Part shown: positions 1-17,531 of the stretch, piece after piece | Numbering within the stretch: the first letter of the stretch is position 1 | Layout of the letters: each line of letters begins with the position of its first letter | Origin: Escherichia coli | GTDB taxonomy: Bacteria; Pseudomonadota; Gammaproteobacteria; Enterobacterales; Enterobacteriaceae | Reading direction: 5' to 3' (one strand) | Length of the DNA stretch: 64,000 nucleotides | Assembly: GCF_044324875.1 (NCBI RefSeq) | Contig: NZ_CP172185.1 | The notes under the pieces: generated by a model | The model's input: only the letters and a program-made list of their open reading frames with translations | Databases searched by the model: none | What the model was told of the DNA's origin: nothing | Program-made: the position numbers and the translations under genes

Positions 1-489
1 CAAGCGCAGCCAGCAGGCGACAAGGCTGAGTTCATCGAAAAAGTTCGCCGTGCGCTGTATCTGGGCAAAATCGTTTCTTACGCTCAGGGCTTCTCTCAGC
101 TACGCGCCGCGTCTGAAGAGTACAACTGGGATCTGAACTACGGCGAAATCGCGAAGATTTTCCGTGCTGGCTGCATCATCCGTGCGCAGTTCCTGCAGAA
201 AATCACCGATGCTTATGCCGAAGATCCGCAGATCGCTAACCTGCTGCTGGCTCCGTACTTCAAGCAAATTGCTGATGACTACCAGCAGGCGCTGCGTGAT
301 GTCGTTGCTTATGCAGTACAAAACGGTATCCCGGTTCCGACCTTCGCCGCTGCGGTTGCCTATTACGATAGCTACCGTGCCGCTGTTCTGCCTGCGAACC
401 TGATCCAGGCACAGCGTGACTATTTCGGTGCACATACTTATAAGCGCATTGATAAAGAAGGTGTGTTCCATACTGAATGGCTGGATTAA
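1..489 (+). CDS. gnd: 6-phosphogluconate dehydrogenase, 3' portion (5' end lies outside the window)
   Basis: Frame 1 translation ends ...[23 protein letters not shown] followed by TAA at 487-489, matching the recalled Gnd C-terminus. Confidence 0.9.
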   Translation, partial: QAQPAGDKAEFIEKVRRALYLGKIVSYAQGFSQLRAASEEYNWDLNYGEIAKIFRAGCIIRAQFLQKITDAYAEDPQIANLLLAPYFKQIADDYQQALRDVVAYAVQNGIPVPTFAAAVAYYDSYRAAVLPANLIQAQRDYFGAHTYKRIDKEGVFHTEWLD

Positions 490-514
490 TCTGATTTAAC
501 CAACAATAAAATTG

Positions 515-548
515 AGGCCCGGCGTATATTGCACCGGGCTTTTTTTTG
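515..548 (+). terminator. rho-independent terminator downstream of gnd
   Basis: GC-rich hairpin gcccggcgtatattgcaccgggc followed by a run of 8 T. Confidence 0.7.
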
Positions 549-728
549 CCAATTATCTTATAGACTAAATTTCACTGCTTAATATTAACTTAATAAATAT
601 CAGCTATTCTTATAAAGAAATTCTGAATTGTTTTTCGTTGCGTTGACCATCTTACAACGTAGCGTTAAAACTTTTAACTCTTATCAGGATGCTAAAAACA
701 TCATGATTCACAGTTAAGTTAATTCTGA

Positions 729-1904
<1,176 letters not shown>

Positions 1905-2049
1905 CATCTTGTTATCAGGGCTATTTACGCCCTGATTGTCTTTTGTTACTTCCTCAATAATTCATTATTTTTATCACTTATCCTATAGCATTCACGAGGA
2001 TTATCGCTAAACTATGCGGACTTGGAAATTTCCGTCAGTTAGGGTAATG

Positions 2050-3027
2050 ATGAGAGTAGAAAATAATAATGTTTCTGGGCAAAACCATGACCCGGAACAG
2101 ATTGATTTGATTGATTTACTAATGCAGTTGTGGCGTGGCAAGATGACAATCATCATCTCTGTCATTGTTGCTATTGCCCTGGCTATAGGGTATCTGGCCG
2201 TTGCCAAAGAAAAGTGGACTTCCACAGCTATCGTTACTCAACCTGATGTGGGGCAAATCGCTGGCTATAACAATGCCATGAATGTTATCTATGGTCAGGC
2301 TGCACCGAAAGTGTCAGATTTGCAGGAGACGTTGATTGGTCGCTTCAGTTCTGCCTTCTCTGCATTAGCAGAAACGCTGGATAATCAGGAAGAACCAGAA
2401 AAACTTACCATCGAACCTTCTGTTAAGAACCAGCAATTACCATTGACTGTTTCTTATGTTGGGCAAACTGCAGAGGGCGCACAAATGAAGTTGGCCCAAT
2501 ACATTCAGCAAGTTGACGATAAAGTGAATCAAGAGCTAGAAAAGGATCTCAAAGACAACATTGCTCTGGGACGGAAAAACTTGCAGGACTCTTTAAGAAC
2601 GCAGGAAGTGGTCGCGCAGGAGCAGAAAGATCTGCGTATCCGTCAGATTCAGGAAGCATTGCAGTATGCGAATCAGGCGCAGGTGACAAAACCACAGGTT
2701 CAGCAGACTGAAGATGTGACGCAAGATACGTTGTTCCTTCTTGGGAGCGAAGCACTGGAGTCGATGATTAAGCATGAGGCGACCCGTCCGTTGGTGTTCT
2801 CACCAAACTACTATCAGACTCGTCAAAACCTGCTGGATATCGAAAGCTTAAAGGTTGATGATCTTGATATTCATGCTTACCGTTATGTGATGAAACCGAC
2901 GTTACCTATTCGTCGCGATAGCCCGAAAAAGGCAATTACCTTGATTCTGGCAGTGCTACTGGGTGGCATGGTTGGCGCGGGGATTGTGCTGGGGCGTAAC
3001 GCTCTACGCAATTACAACGCGAAATAA
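2050..3027 (+). CDS. wzzB: O-antigen chain-length determinant protein Wzz
   Basis: ORF from 2014; start placed at the internal Met giving MRVENNNVSGQNHDPEQIDLIDLL; two hydrophobic segments flank a long periplasmic region. Confidence 0.9.
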   Translation: MRVENNNVSGQNHDPEQIDLIDLLMQLWRGKMTIIISVIVAIALAIGYLAVAKEKWTSTAIVTQPDVGQIAGYNNAMNVIYGQAAPKVSDLQETLIGRFSSAFSALAETLDNQEEPEKLTIEPSVKNQQLPLTVSYVGQTAEGAQMKLAQYIQQVDDKVNQELEKDLKDNIALGRKNLQDSLRTQEVVAQEQKDLRIRQIQEALQYANQAQVTKPQVQQTEDVTQDTLFLLGSEALESMIKHEATRPLVFSPNYYQTRQNLLDIESLKVDDLDIHAYRYVMKPTLPIRRDSPKKAITLILAVLLGGMVGAGIVLGRNALRNYNAK

Positions 3028-3049
3028 TCTTTGCAGTTTTAAAGAAAAT

Positions 3050-3082
3050 GGGCAGGGTGGTGACACCTTGCCCGTTTTTTTT
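3050..3082 (+). terminator. rho-independent terminator after wzzB
   Basis: Hairpin gggcagggtg-gtgaca-ccttgccc followed by T8. Confidence 0.7.
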
Positions 3083-3115
3083 GCCGGATGCGATGCTGGC
3101 GCATCTTATCCAGCC
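3083..3115. repeat. REP (repetitive extragenic palindromic) element
   Basis: gccggatgcgatgctggcgcatcttatccagcc matches the REP pattern GCC(G/T)GATGCG...GCG(T/C)CTTATC(C/A)GGC. Confidence 0.7.
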
Positions 3116-3134
3116 AAAATGTGCAGAGCGAATA

Positions 3135-4421
<1,287 letters not shown>

Positions 4422-4489
4422 CGATAAGCTTGCGCATCGGGCAATGGCTACGGATGCGACTACAACATCGCATCCGGTCAGTCCGCAAC

Positions 4490-5094
4490 TCACTGATGCC
4501 GTTTGCGCAGGTTCTCAATCACCGTCGTTAAATCCAGCCCCTGATCCTGCAACAGCACCAGCAGGTGATACATCAAGTCAGATGCCTCGTTGGTCAGCTC
4601 AAAGCGGTCATGTACCGTTGCTGCCAGCGCAGTTTCCACCCCTTCTTCGCCCACTTTCTGCGCGATGCGTTTGGTGCCGCTGGCATACAGTTTGGCTGTG
4701 TAAGAGGTTTCCGGGTCGGCAGATTTACGTTCGGCGAGCAGTTGTTCCAGTTGATACAGGAACAGCCACTGGTGAGCGGTGTTGCCGAAGCAACTGCTGG
4801 TGCCTTTGTGGCAGGTCGGGCCGATGGGATTCGCCAGCACTAATAAAGTGTCGTTGTCGCAGTCCGACGCAATACTCACTACGTTGAGGAAATTACCCGA
4901 CGTTTCGCCTTTGGTCCACAGTCGCTGTTTAGTGCGCGAGAAGAAGGTAACTTTGCCACTTTCGATGGTTTTGTCCAGAGCTTCCGGGTTCATGTAGCCC
5001 AGCATTAACACTTCACCGGATACCGCGTGTTGCACAATCACCGGCATCAGTCCGTCGGTTTTTTCCCAGTCCAGTTCGCGACGTAGTTGTTCTG

Positions 5095-5101
<7 letters not shown>
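4490..5101 (-). CDS. hisI: bifunctional phosphoribosyl-AMP cyclohydrolase / phosphoribosyl-ATP pyrophosphatase
   Basis: 203-aa [27 protein letters not shown]...; last gene of the his operon. Confidence 0.93.
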
Positions 5102-7179
<2,078 letters not shown>

Positions 7180-7180
<1 letters not shown>

Positions 7181-8246
7181 TACAGCACTCCTTTCGACGA
7201 GGGCAGGGTGTCGCCTTCCACGCGGATGGCCTGGCGCAGGGTGCGGCCAAACGCTTTGAACAGGCTCTCTACACGGTGGTGATCGTTTTTACCTTTGGTT
7301 TTCAGGTGCAGGGTCACGCCCATGGTGTATGAGAGCGAACGGAAGAAGTGCTCGATCATTTCAGTGCTGAGATCGCCCACGCGCTGGTAGGTAAACTCGG
7401 CTTTATATTCCAGGTGCGGGCGACCAGAGATATCCAGCGCGCAGCGGGCAAGGCATTCGTCCATCGGCAGCACAAAACCGAAGCGGCAAATACCGCGTTT
7501 GTCGCCAAGAGCAATTTTTAATGCTTCGCCCAGCGCCAGGCCGGTATCTTCGACGGTGTGATGATCGTCGATATAGAGGTCGCCTTTAACGTTGATTTCC
7601 ATACGGAAACCACCGTGGGTAGCGATCTGATCCAGCATGTGATCAAAGAAGCCAACGCCGGTGTTAATCTTGCTGCCACCTTCGCGATCCAGCCACACCT
7701 GGACGTCAATTTGCGTCTCTTTGGTGTTACGCACTACATGGGCGTAACGGTCTCGTTTAGTGAGTTGCTCGCCAATCATTGGCCAGTTCAGAGTTTCGCG
7801 GTCGTAGCGTAAACCATTAATGCCCATGTTTTCCGCCAGTTGAATGTCGGTCGCGCGATCGCCAATTACATAACTGTTAGCGCGATCCATCGCTTGCTCA
7901 GCCAGATAACGCTCCACCAGTTTTACTTTCGGCTTACGGCAGTCACACTCATCGGCGGGCAGGTGTGGGCAAATCAGCACTTCATCAAACTGCACGCCTT
8001 GCGAGGTGAAGATCTGCATCATCAGGTTGTGCGGGCCATCGAAATCCGCCTGCGGGAAACTTTGTGTTCCCAGACCATCCTGATTAGTGATCATCACCAG
8101 CTTGTAGCCCGCTTTTTGCAGCTTCAGCAGCTCCGGGATCACGCCAGGTTCAAAGGCGAGTTTGTCAAAACGGTCCACCTGAAAATCACTTGGCGGTTCG
8201 CTAATCAGGGTTCCATCGCGATCGATAAAAAGATACTTCTGACTCA

Positions 8247-8247
<1 letters not shown>
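7180..8247 (-). CDS. hisB: bifunctional histidinol-phosphatase / imidazoleglycerol-phosphate dehydratase
   Basis: [23 protein letters not shown]...; start placed at the second Met ([13 protein letters not shown]). Confidence 0.92.
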
Positions 8248-10618
<2,371 letters not shown>

Positions 10619-10623
10619 GGCGA

Positions 10624-11523
10624 TCACTCCATCATCTTCTCAATCGGCAGGACCAGAATTGAACTGGCACCCAGCGCTTTCAGTTTTTCCATCGTTTCCC
10701 AGAACAGGGTTTCGCTGCTGACCATGTGCATCGCTACGCGCTGTTGGTCACCTGCCAGCGGTAGAATGGTTGGGCGTTCGGCACCTGGCAGCAGGGCGAT
10801 GACTTCATCCAGACGTTCGGTCGGTGCGTGCATCATGATGTATTTTGATTCGCGCGCCTGGATCACGCCCTGAATACGCGTCAGCAGTTTGTCGATCAGT
10901 TGCTGTTTGGATTCTTCCATTTCGCCATCGCGTTGGATCAGGCAGGCTTTCGAGCGGTAGATAACTTCGACTTCGCGCAGGCCGTTAGCTTCAAGCGTGG
11001 CACCGGTGGAAACCAGATCGCAAATCGCATCCGCCAGTCCGGCACGCGGGGCGACTTCAACAGAACCGTTCAGTAAGCAGGATTTAAAAGAGATGCCTTT
11101 CTGGTCGAGATAACGCTTGAGCAGGTGAGGATAAGAGGTGGCGATACGTTTACCGTTTAAGGAGAGCGGGCCGTCCCAGGCTTCATCAACCGGCGTTGCC
11201 AGCGAAAGGCGGCAGCCGCCGAAATCCAGACGACGCAGGGTAAAGTAGCGCGGATCTTCACCCTGGGCGCGGCGGTTAAGCAGCTCTTCTTCCAGCACGT
11301 TTTCGCCGATAATCCCAAGGTCAACCACGCCGTCCATTACCAGACCGGGAATGTCGTCGTCACGCACGCGCAGAATATCAATCGGCATGTTTTCTGCCAT
11401 CGCGATCAGGCGCTGGGTGTGAAGATTAATTTTAATGCCGCAGCGCGCCAGTAATTCGCGTGAGTCATCACTTAAACGGCCGGATTTCTGCATAGCTATG
11501 CGTAAACGAGAGTTGTCTGTCAT
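10624..11523 (-). CDS. hisG: ATP phosphoribosyltransferase
   Basis: Track ORF is 312 aa; start placed at the internal Met giving [21 protein letters not shown] (299 aa). Confidence 0.92.
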   Translation of the reverse strand: MTDNSRLRIAMQKSGRLSDDSRELLARCGIKINLHTQRLIAMAENMPIDILRVRDDDIPGLVMDGVVDLGIIGENVLEEELLNRRAQGEDPRYFTLRRLDFGGCRLSLATPVDEAWDGPLSLNGKRIATSYPHLLKRYLDQKGISFKSCLLNGSVEVAPRAGLADAICDLVSTGATLEANGLREVEVIYRSKACLIQRDGEMEESKQQLIDKLLTRIQGVIQARESKYIMMHAPTERLDEVIALLPGAERPTILPLAGDQQRVAMHMVSSETLFWETMEKLKALGASSILVLPIEKMME

Positions 11524-11571
11524 TTTCTTATTCCTCTTTAAACCTGTCTGAACCGTTATCAACCGCGCAAT

Positions 11572-11606
11572 AAAAAAGCCCCCGGAAGGTGATCTTCCGG
11601 GGGCTT
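11572..11606 (-). terminator. his attenuator terminator
   Basis: Minus strand reads gaaagcccccggaagatcaccttccgggggctttttt; a perfect GC hairpin plus T-run between hisL and hisG. Confidence 0.85.
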
Positions 11607-11668
11607 TCTCATGCGTTCATGCACCACTGGAAGATCTGAATGTCTTCCAGCACACATCGCCTGAAAGA

Positions 11669-11719
11669 CTAGTCAGGATGATGGTGATGATGGTGGTGTT
11701 TAAATTGAACGCGTGTCAT
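11669..11719 (-). CDS. hisL: his operon leader peptide
   Basis: Minus-strand ORF ATG ACA CGC GTT CAA TTT AAA CAC CAC CAT CAT CAC CAT CAT CCT GAC TAG = MTRVQFKHHHHHHHPD, with seven consecutive His codons. Confidence 0.95.
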   Translation of the reverse strand: MTRVQFKHHHHHHHPD

Positions 11720-11968
11720 AAAAGTCTCTGTGAATGTTTATTCAACTGATGTCTTTTAACCTAAACCACTTTCACGTTAGAAAGCAAGGGCTTTTTTATA
11801 TATTTTATGGCGATGGATTTGTTTAATGAATGAGCGGGGAAAGGAGGGGGCTAAGAGGACTGACCTCTAAGCTGACGGCACCAAAAATAGCGAAGCCTGG
11901 ATTTTCGTCTCACTGACAATATCTTGATCTACAAACTAATTAATAAATAGTTAATTAACGCCCATCAT

Positions 11969-11986
11969 TGTACAATGAGCTGTACA
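11969..11986 (+). promoter_or_regulatory. YefM-YoeB operator (paired TGTACA palindromes)
   Basis: tgtacaatgagctgtaca lies immediately upstream of the yefM start; TGTACA repeats are the recalled YefM/YoeB autoregulatory operator. Confidence 0.6.
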
Positions 11987-12001
11987 AAAGAGGAGATTGA
12001 C

Positions 12002-12253
12002 ATGCGTACAATTAGCTACAGCGAAGCGCGTCAGAATTTGTCGGCAACAATGATGAAAGCCGTTGAAGATCATGCCCCGATCCTTATTACTCGTCAGAAT
12101 GGAGAGGCTTGTGTTCTGATGTCACTCGAAGAATACAACTCGCTGGAAGAGACGGCTTATCTGCTGCGCTCCCCCGCTAACGCCCGGAGATTGATGGACT
12201 CAATCGATAGCCTGAAATCAGGCAAAGGAACAGAAAAGGACATTATTGAGTGA
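12002..12253 (+). CDS. yefM: type II antitoxin YefM
   Basis: [64 protein letters not shown]...; stop overlaps the yoeB start. Confidence 0.92.
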
Positions 12254-12504
12254 AACTAATCTGGTCTGAGGAATCATGGGATGATTATCTGTACTGGCAG
12301 GAAACAGATAAGCGAATTGTTAAAAAGATCAATGAACTTATCAAAGATACCCGCAGAACGCCATTTGAAGGTAAGGGGAAGCCAGAACCCCTGAAACATA
12401 ATTTGTCAGGCTTCTGGTCCCGACGCATTACAGAGGAGCACCGTCTGGTATACGCGGTTACCGACGATTCACTGCTCATTGCAGCATGTCGTTATCATTA
12501 TTGA
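12250..12504 (+). CDS. yoeB: type II toxin YoeB (ribosome-dependent mRNA interferase)
   Basis: 84-aa [71 protein letters not shown]... Confidence 0.92.
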
Positions 12505-12586
12505 ACAGATTCATTCATAGAATGAATTGTCAGTTTTGATACGCTAGCGTAGCCTTATAGATCTAAGGTGTATCAGGAGATAACGG

Positions 12587-13411
12587 ATGAAAAAGGTCGC
12601 AATTGTCGGGTTAGGGTGGTTAGGCATGCCGCTGGCGATGTCACTTTCAGCGCGAGGCTGGCAAGTTACCGGGAGTAAAACCACACAAGATGGTGTCGAA
12701 GCGGCCCGAATGAGTGGGATTGATAGCTATCTGCTTCGCATGGAGCCTGAGTTAGTTTGCGATTCTGACGATCTGGATGCCCTGATGGATGCCGATGCGC
12801 TGGTCATTACGCTTCCGGCACGTCGTAGCGGCCCCGGCGATGAGTTCTATTTACAAGCGGTACAAGAGTTAGTAGATAGCGCGCTGGCCCATCGTATTCC
12901 CCGCATTATTTTTACCAGCTCAACATCTGTCTATGGCGACGCGCAAGGCACGGTGAAAGAAACCACCCCGCGTAATCCGGTAACCAACAGTGGACGAGTA
13001 TTAGAAGAACTCGAAGACTGGCTGCACAATTTACCCGGAACTTCGGTCGATATTCTACGTCTTGCGGGTCTGGTCGGACCGGGACGTCATCCCGGACGTT
13101 TCTTTGCCGGAAAAACCGCCCCTGATGGTGAACATGGTGTTAATTTAGTCCATTTAGAAGATGTTATTGGCGCTATCACTCTGTTGTTACAGGCACCTAA
13201 AGGCGGACACATCTATAATATATGTGCGCCAGCTCACCCTGCGCGTAATGTTTTCTATCCGCAGATGGCCCGTTTACTGGGGCTGGAACCTCCGCAGTTC
13301 AGAAATAGTCTGGACAGCGGCAAAGGTAAGATTATTGATGGCAGTCGGATTTGTAATGAACTGGGATTTGAATACCAGTATCCCGATCCGCTGGTAATGC
13401 CGCTGGAGTAA
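12587..13411 (+). CDS. yeeZ: NAD(P)-binding epimerase/dehydratase-family protein
   Basis: 274-aa ORF with N-terminal Rossmann motif VAIVGLGWLG; synteny with yeeY. Confidence 0.8.
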   Translation: MKKVAIVGLGWLGMPLAMSLSARGWQVTGSKTTQDGVEAARMSGIDSYLLRMEPELVCDSDDLDALMDADALVITLPARRSGPGDEFYLQAVQELVDSALAHRIPRIIFTSSTSVYGDAQGTVKETTPRNPVTNSGRVLEELEDWLHNLPGTSVDILRLAGLVGPGRHPGRFFAGKTAPDGEHGVNLVHLEDVIGAITLLLQAPKGGHIYNICAPAHPARNVFYPQMARLLGLEPPQFRNSLDSGKGKIIDGSRICNELGFEYQYPDPLVMPLE

Positions 13412-13456
13412 ACGATCACGCCAGCAGGACGCCGCATGCACTGCAAGGGGGCGTGT

Positions 13457-14386
13457 ATGAAACCACTGCTGGATGTGTTGATGATCCTCGATGCCTTAGA
13501 AAAAGAGGGCAGTTTTGCGGCGGCGTCGGCCAAACTCTACAAGACGCCGTCCGCTCTGAGTTACACCGTTCACAAGCTGGAAAGCGACCTTAATATTCAA
13601 TTGCTTGATCGTAGCGGACACCGCGCTAAATTCACCCGCACCGGAAAAATGTTATTAGAGAAAGGGAGGGAAGTTCTGCATACCGTGCGAGAACTGGAAA
13701 AGCAGGCGATCAAACTGCATGAAGGCTGGGAAAACGAGCTGGTGATTGGCGTGGACGACACCTTCCCTTTTTCTCTGCTTGCGCCACTCATTGAAGCTTT
13801 TTATCAACATCATAGCGTGACGCGCCTGAAGTTTATCAATGGCGTACTCGGTGGTTCCTGGGATGCCCTGACTCAGGGGCGAGCGGATATTATTGTTGGC
13901 GCGATGCATGAGCCACCATCTTCCAGTGAGTTTGGTTTCTCGCGGTTGGGCGATCTTGAACAAGTCTTTGCGGTCGCGCCCCATCATCCGTTAGCCCAGG
14001 AAGAAGAACCGTTAAACCGTCGTATCATTAAGCAATATAGGGCGATTGTGGTAGGGGATACTGCGCAGGCCGGCGCTTCTACGGCCTCGCAACTTCTCGA
14101 CGAACAAGAAGCCATTACCGTTTTCGATTTTAAAACCAAGCTGGAGCTGCAAATTAGCGGCCTCGGCTGCGGCTATTTACCCCGTTATCTGGCGCAACGT
14201 TTTCTCGATAGTGGCGCGTTAATCGAGAAGAAAGTGGTCGCCCAAACTCTCTTTGAACCTGTCTGGATTGGCTGGAACGAACAGACCGCAGGACTTGCCA
14301 GCGCCTGGTGGCGAGACGAGATTTTAGCAAATAGTGCGATCGCCGGTGTTTATGCAAAATCTGATGACGGAAAATCAGCCATTTAA
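13457..14386 (+). CDS. yeeY: LysR-family transcriptional regulator
   Basis: MKPLLDVLMILDALEKEGSFAAASAKLYKTPSALSYTVHKLE...; LysR helix-turn-helix at the N-terminus. Confidence 0.85.
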   Translation: MKPLLDVLMILDALEKEGSFAAASAKLYKTPSALSYTVHKLESDLNIQLLDRSGHRAKFTRTGKMLLEKGREVLHTVRELEKQAIKLHEGWENELVIGVDDTFPFSLLAPLIEAFYQHHSVTRLKFINGVLGGSWDALTQGRADIIVGAMHEPPSSSEFGFSRLGDLEQVFAVAPHHPLAQEEEPLNRRIIKQYRAIVVGDTAQAGASTASQLLDEQEAITVFDFKTKLELQISGLGCGYLPRYLAQRFLDSGALIEKKVVAQTLFEPVWIGWNEQTAGLASAWWRDEILANSAIAGVYAKSDDGKSAI

Positions 14387-14652
14387 AGAAAAATTATTAT
14401 GACAAGCCTCTCATTCTCTTGTCATTTCCCCCCCATTTAGGCACAATGCGCCGCTGTCAAAAAATGACTAAAAACCGACGTTTCATCAGCGTCGGTTATT
14501 TTTTGCTTCAAACCAATCATTCATACCAAGAGGCCGGGCTTCGTACCGGATAGATATTTACTAAAAATCGACAGTTGTTGTCGCTGAGGAATCCAAAAAA
14601 ATGGGGCAATTTTTTGCTTACGCGACGGTTATCACCGTAAAGGAGAATGACC

Positions 14653-16011
14653 ATGTCGCATAACGTTACTCCAAACACCTCTCGCGTGGAATTGCGTAAA
14701 ACGCTTACGTTAGTTCCGGTTGTAATGATGGGTCTTGCCTATATGCAGCCGATGACGCTGTTTGATACATTTGGTATCGTTTCAGGCCTCACGGATGGTC
14801 ATGTGCCGACAGCCTATGCGTTCGCATTGATTGCGATCCTGTTTACGGCTCTGAGCTACGGGAAGCTGGTTCGCCGCTATCCTTCTGCTGGCTCTGCATA
14901 CACTTACGCCCAGAAATCCATTAGCCCGACTGTCGGCTTTATGGTGGGTTGGTCTTCTCTGCTCGACTATCTGTTCGCGCCGATGATCAACATTCTGCTG
15001 GCGAAAATCTATTTTGAAGCTCTGGTGCCTTCCATCCCATCGTGGATGTTTGTGGTGGCGCTGGTGGCCTTTATGACCGCCTTTAACCTGCGTAGTCTGA
15101 AATCCGTAGCGAACTTCAACACTGTAATCGTCGTGTTGCAGGTAGTGCTGATCGCGGTGATTCTGGGCATGGTTGTTTATGGCGTATTTGAAGGTGAAGG
15201 CGCGGGTACGCTGGCGAGCACTCGTCCGTTCTGGTCTGGCGATGCGCATGTTATCCCGATGATTACCGGGGCGACAATCCTGTGCTTCTCCTTTACCGGC
15301 TTTGACGGCATCAGCAACCTGTCGGAAGAAACCAAAGATGCAGAGCGCGTGATCCCGCGTGCGATTTTCCTGACCGCGCTGATTGGCGGCATGATCTTCA
15401 TCTTTGCAACTTACTTCCTGCAGCTGTACTTCCCGGATATCTCTCGCTTTAAAGATCCGGATGCGTCACAGCCTGAAATCATGCTGTACGTTGCGGGTAA
15501 AGCGTTCCAGGTTGGCGCGCTGATCTTCTCCACCATTACCGTACTGGCGTCCGGTATGGCGGCGCACGCAGGCGTAGCGCGTCTGATGTACGTAATGGGT
15601 CGTGACGGCGTGTTCCCGAAAAGCTTCTTCGGTTATGTACACCCGAAATGGCGTACTCCGGCGATGAACATCATCCTGGTTGGCGCGATTGCCCTGCTGG
15701 CAATCAACTTCGACCTGGTAATGGCTACGGCGCTGATTAACTTTGGTGCGTTGGTGGCGTTCACCTTCGTTAACCTGTCGGTCATCTCGCAGTTCTGGAT
15801 CCGTGAGAAGCGTAACAAGACGCTGAAAGATCACTTCCAGTATCTGTTCCTGCCGATGTGTGGTGCGCTGACCGTTGGTGCGCTGTGGGTTAACCTGGAA
15901 GAAAGCTCAATGGTTCTGGGTCTGATCTGGGCTGCTATCGGTCTGATTTACCTGGCATGCGTAACCAAGAGCTTCCGTAACCCGGTTCCGCAGTACGAAG
16001 ACGTAGCATAA
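14653..16011 (+). CDS. plaP: putrescine importer (APC-family amino acid/polyamine permease)
   Basis: [33 protein letters not shown]...; about 12 predicted transmembrane segments. Confidence 0.85.
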   Translation: MSHNVTPNTSRVELRKTLTLVPVVMMGLAYMQPMTLFDTFGIVSGLTDGHVPTAYAFALIAILFTALSYGKLVRRYPSAGSAYTYAQKSISPTVGFMVGWSSLLDYLFAPMINILLAKIYFEALVPSIPSWMFVVALVAFMTAFNLRSLKSVANFNTVIVVLQVVLIAVILGMVVYGVFEGEGAGTLASTRPFWSGDAHVIPMITGATILCFSFTGFDGISNLSEETKDAERVIPRAIFLTALIGGMIFIFATYFLQLYFPDISRFKDPDASQPEIMLYVAGKAFQVGALIFSTITVLASGMAAHAGVARLMYVMGRDGVFPKSFFGYVHPKWRTPAMNIILVGAIALLAINFDLVMATALINFGALVAFTFVNLSVISQFWIREKRNKTLKDHFQYLFLPMCGALTVGALWVNLEESSMVLGLIWAAIGLIYLACVTKSFRNPVPQYEDVA

Positions 16012-16029
16012 TCATCTTTTCTAATAATC

Positions 16030-16068
16030 AACCGGAGTCGAATGAATATTTGGCTCCGGTTTTTTTAT
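16030..16068 (+). terminator. rho-independent terminator after plaP
   Basis: Hairpin accggagtcgaatgaatatttggctccggt followed by T7. Confidence 0.7.
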
Positions 16069-16189
16069 TCTTTTTTATCGAAATCCTCATTAATAACCAT
16101 TTGTTCTAATTTAGAGAATTTGGTTATTGGTCTGCATTCCACCAGTCATGAATAATTTCCCCATTAACATTCATCTGGTTAATTAATTT

Positions 16190-17248
16190 ATGTTTTCAAT
16201 GATATTAAGCGGGCTAATTTGTGGTGCTCTGCTGGGATTTGTCATGCAGCGTGGGCGTTTTTGCCTGACAGGTGGTTTTCGCGATATGTATATCGCGAAA
16301 AATAATCGCATGTTTTACGCCTTGCTGATTGCAATTTCGGTACAAAGCGTGGGGGTTTTTGCGTTAATTCAGGCGGGCCTACTGACTTACGAAGCCGGGG
16401 CGTTCCCGTGGCTTGGTACTGTTATAGGTGGGTATCTTTTCGGGCTGGGAATTGTTCTGGCGGGTGGATGTGCCACCGGGACCTGGTATCGCGCGGGTGA
16501 GGGATTGATCGGCAGTTGGATCGCGCTTTTCACTTATATGGTGATGAGTGCGGTGATGCGTTCTCCACACGCCAGTGGTTTAAATCAAACCTTGCAGCAC
16601 TACAGTACTGAACATAACTCTATTGCTGAGACTTTTAATTTGTCTGTGTGGCCGTTGGTTACCGTTTTGCTGGTGATAACGCTCTGGGTGGTGATGAAAG
16701 AGTTGAAGAAGCCAAAACTCAAAGTCGCGACCTTACCGCCGCGCCGAACCGGGATCGCTCATATTCTGTTTGAAAAACGCTGGCATCCCTTTGTCACTGC
16801 TGTACTCATCGGTTTGATTGCGCTTTTAGCCTGGCCCCTGAGTGAAGCAACCGGACGCATGTTTGGGTTAGGAATCACTTCCCCAACGGCCAATATTCTG
16901 CAATTTCTGGTCGCGGGTGACGTGAAATACATTAACTGGGGCGTTTTCCTGGTGTTAGGGATCTTCGTGGGGTCATTTATTGCAGCCAAAGCGAGCCGTG
17001 AGTTCCGCGTTCGCGCTGCTGATGCACAAACAACATTACGTAGCGGGTTAGGTGGTGTACTGATGGGCTTCGGTGCCAGCATTGCAGGTGGTTGCTCTAT
17101 CGGTAATGGACTGGTCATGACTGCAATGATGACCTGGCAGGGCTGGATTGGCCTTGTATTTATGATTCTCGGAGTCTGGACTGCGTCCTGGCTTGTGTAT
17201 GTTCGACCGCAGCGTAAGGCGCGACTGGCAACTGCTGCGGCAAATTAA
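16190..17248 (+). CDS. yeeE: YeeE/YedE-family inner-membrane transporter (thiosulfate uptake)
   Basis: 352-aa ORF MFSMILSGLICGALLGFVMQRGRFCLTGG... with conserved Cys-containing motifs in a polytopic membrane protein. Confidence 0.85.
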   Translation: MFSMILSGLICGALLGFVMQRGRFCLTGGFRDMYIAKNNRMFYALLIAISVQSVGVFALIQAGLLTYEAGAFPWLGTVIGGYLFGLGIVLAGGCATGTWYRAGEGLIGSWIALFTYMVMSAVMRSPHASGLNQTLQHYSTEHNSIAETFNLSVWPLVTVLLVITLWVVMKELKKPKLKVATLPPRRTGIAHILFEKRWHPFVTAVLIGLIALLAWPLSEATGRMFGLGITSPTANILQFLVAGDVKYINWGVFLVLGIFVGSFIAAKASREFRVRAADAQTTLRSGLGGVLMGFGASIAGGCSIGNGLVMTAMMTWQGWIGLVFMILGVWTASWLVYVRPQRKARLATAAAN

Positions 17249-17261
17249 GTAAGGTGTAAAG

Positions 17262-17489
17262 ATGGCGATTAAAAAGCTGGATGTGGTGACGCAGGTCTGT
17301 CCGTTTCCACTCATAGAAGCAAAAGCAGCACTGGCAGAAATGGCCAGCGGCGATGAGTTGGTAATTGAGTTTGATTGCACCCAGGCAACTGAAGCAATCC
17401 CACAGTGGGCGGCAGAAGAAGGGCATGCCATCACCGATTATCAGCAGATTGGCGATGCAGCGTGGAGCATCACCGTTCAAAAAGCCTGA
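17262..17489 (+). CDS. yeeD: TusA-like sulfur-carrier protein
   Basis: 75-aa ORF containing the TusA CPxP motif (VCPFPL). Confidence 0.85.
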   Translation: MAIKKLDVVTQVCPFPLIEAKAALAEMASGDELVIEFDCTQATEAIPQWAAEEGHAITDYQQIGDAAWSITVQKA

Positions 17490-17531
17490 CTCAAAATTGT
17501 CCTCCGCCGTACCAGCGGCGGAGGCTTCACA

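Noticed and set aside
14782-15834. Minus-strand ORFs of 122-155 aa inside plaP
   Set aside because: Antisense to a well-supported transporter gene, with His/Arg/Gln-rich translations; not credible genes.
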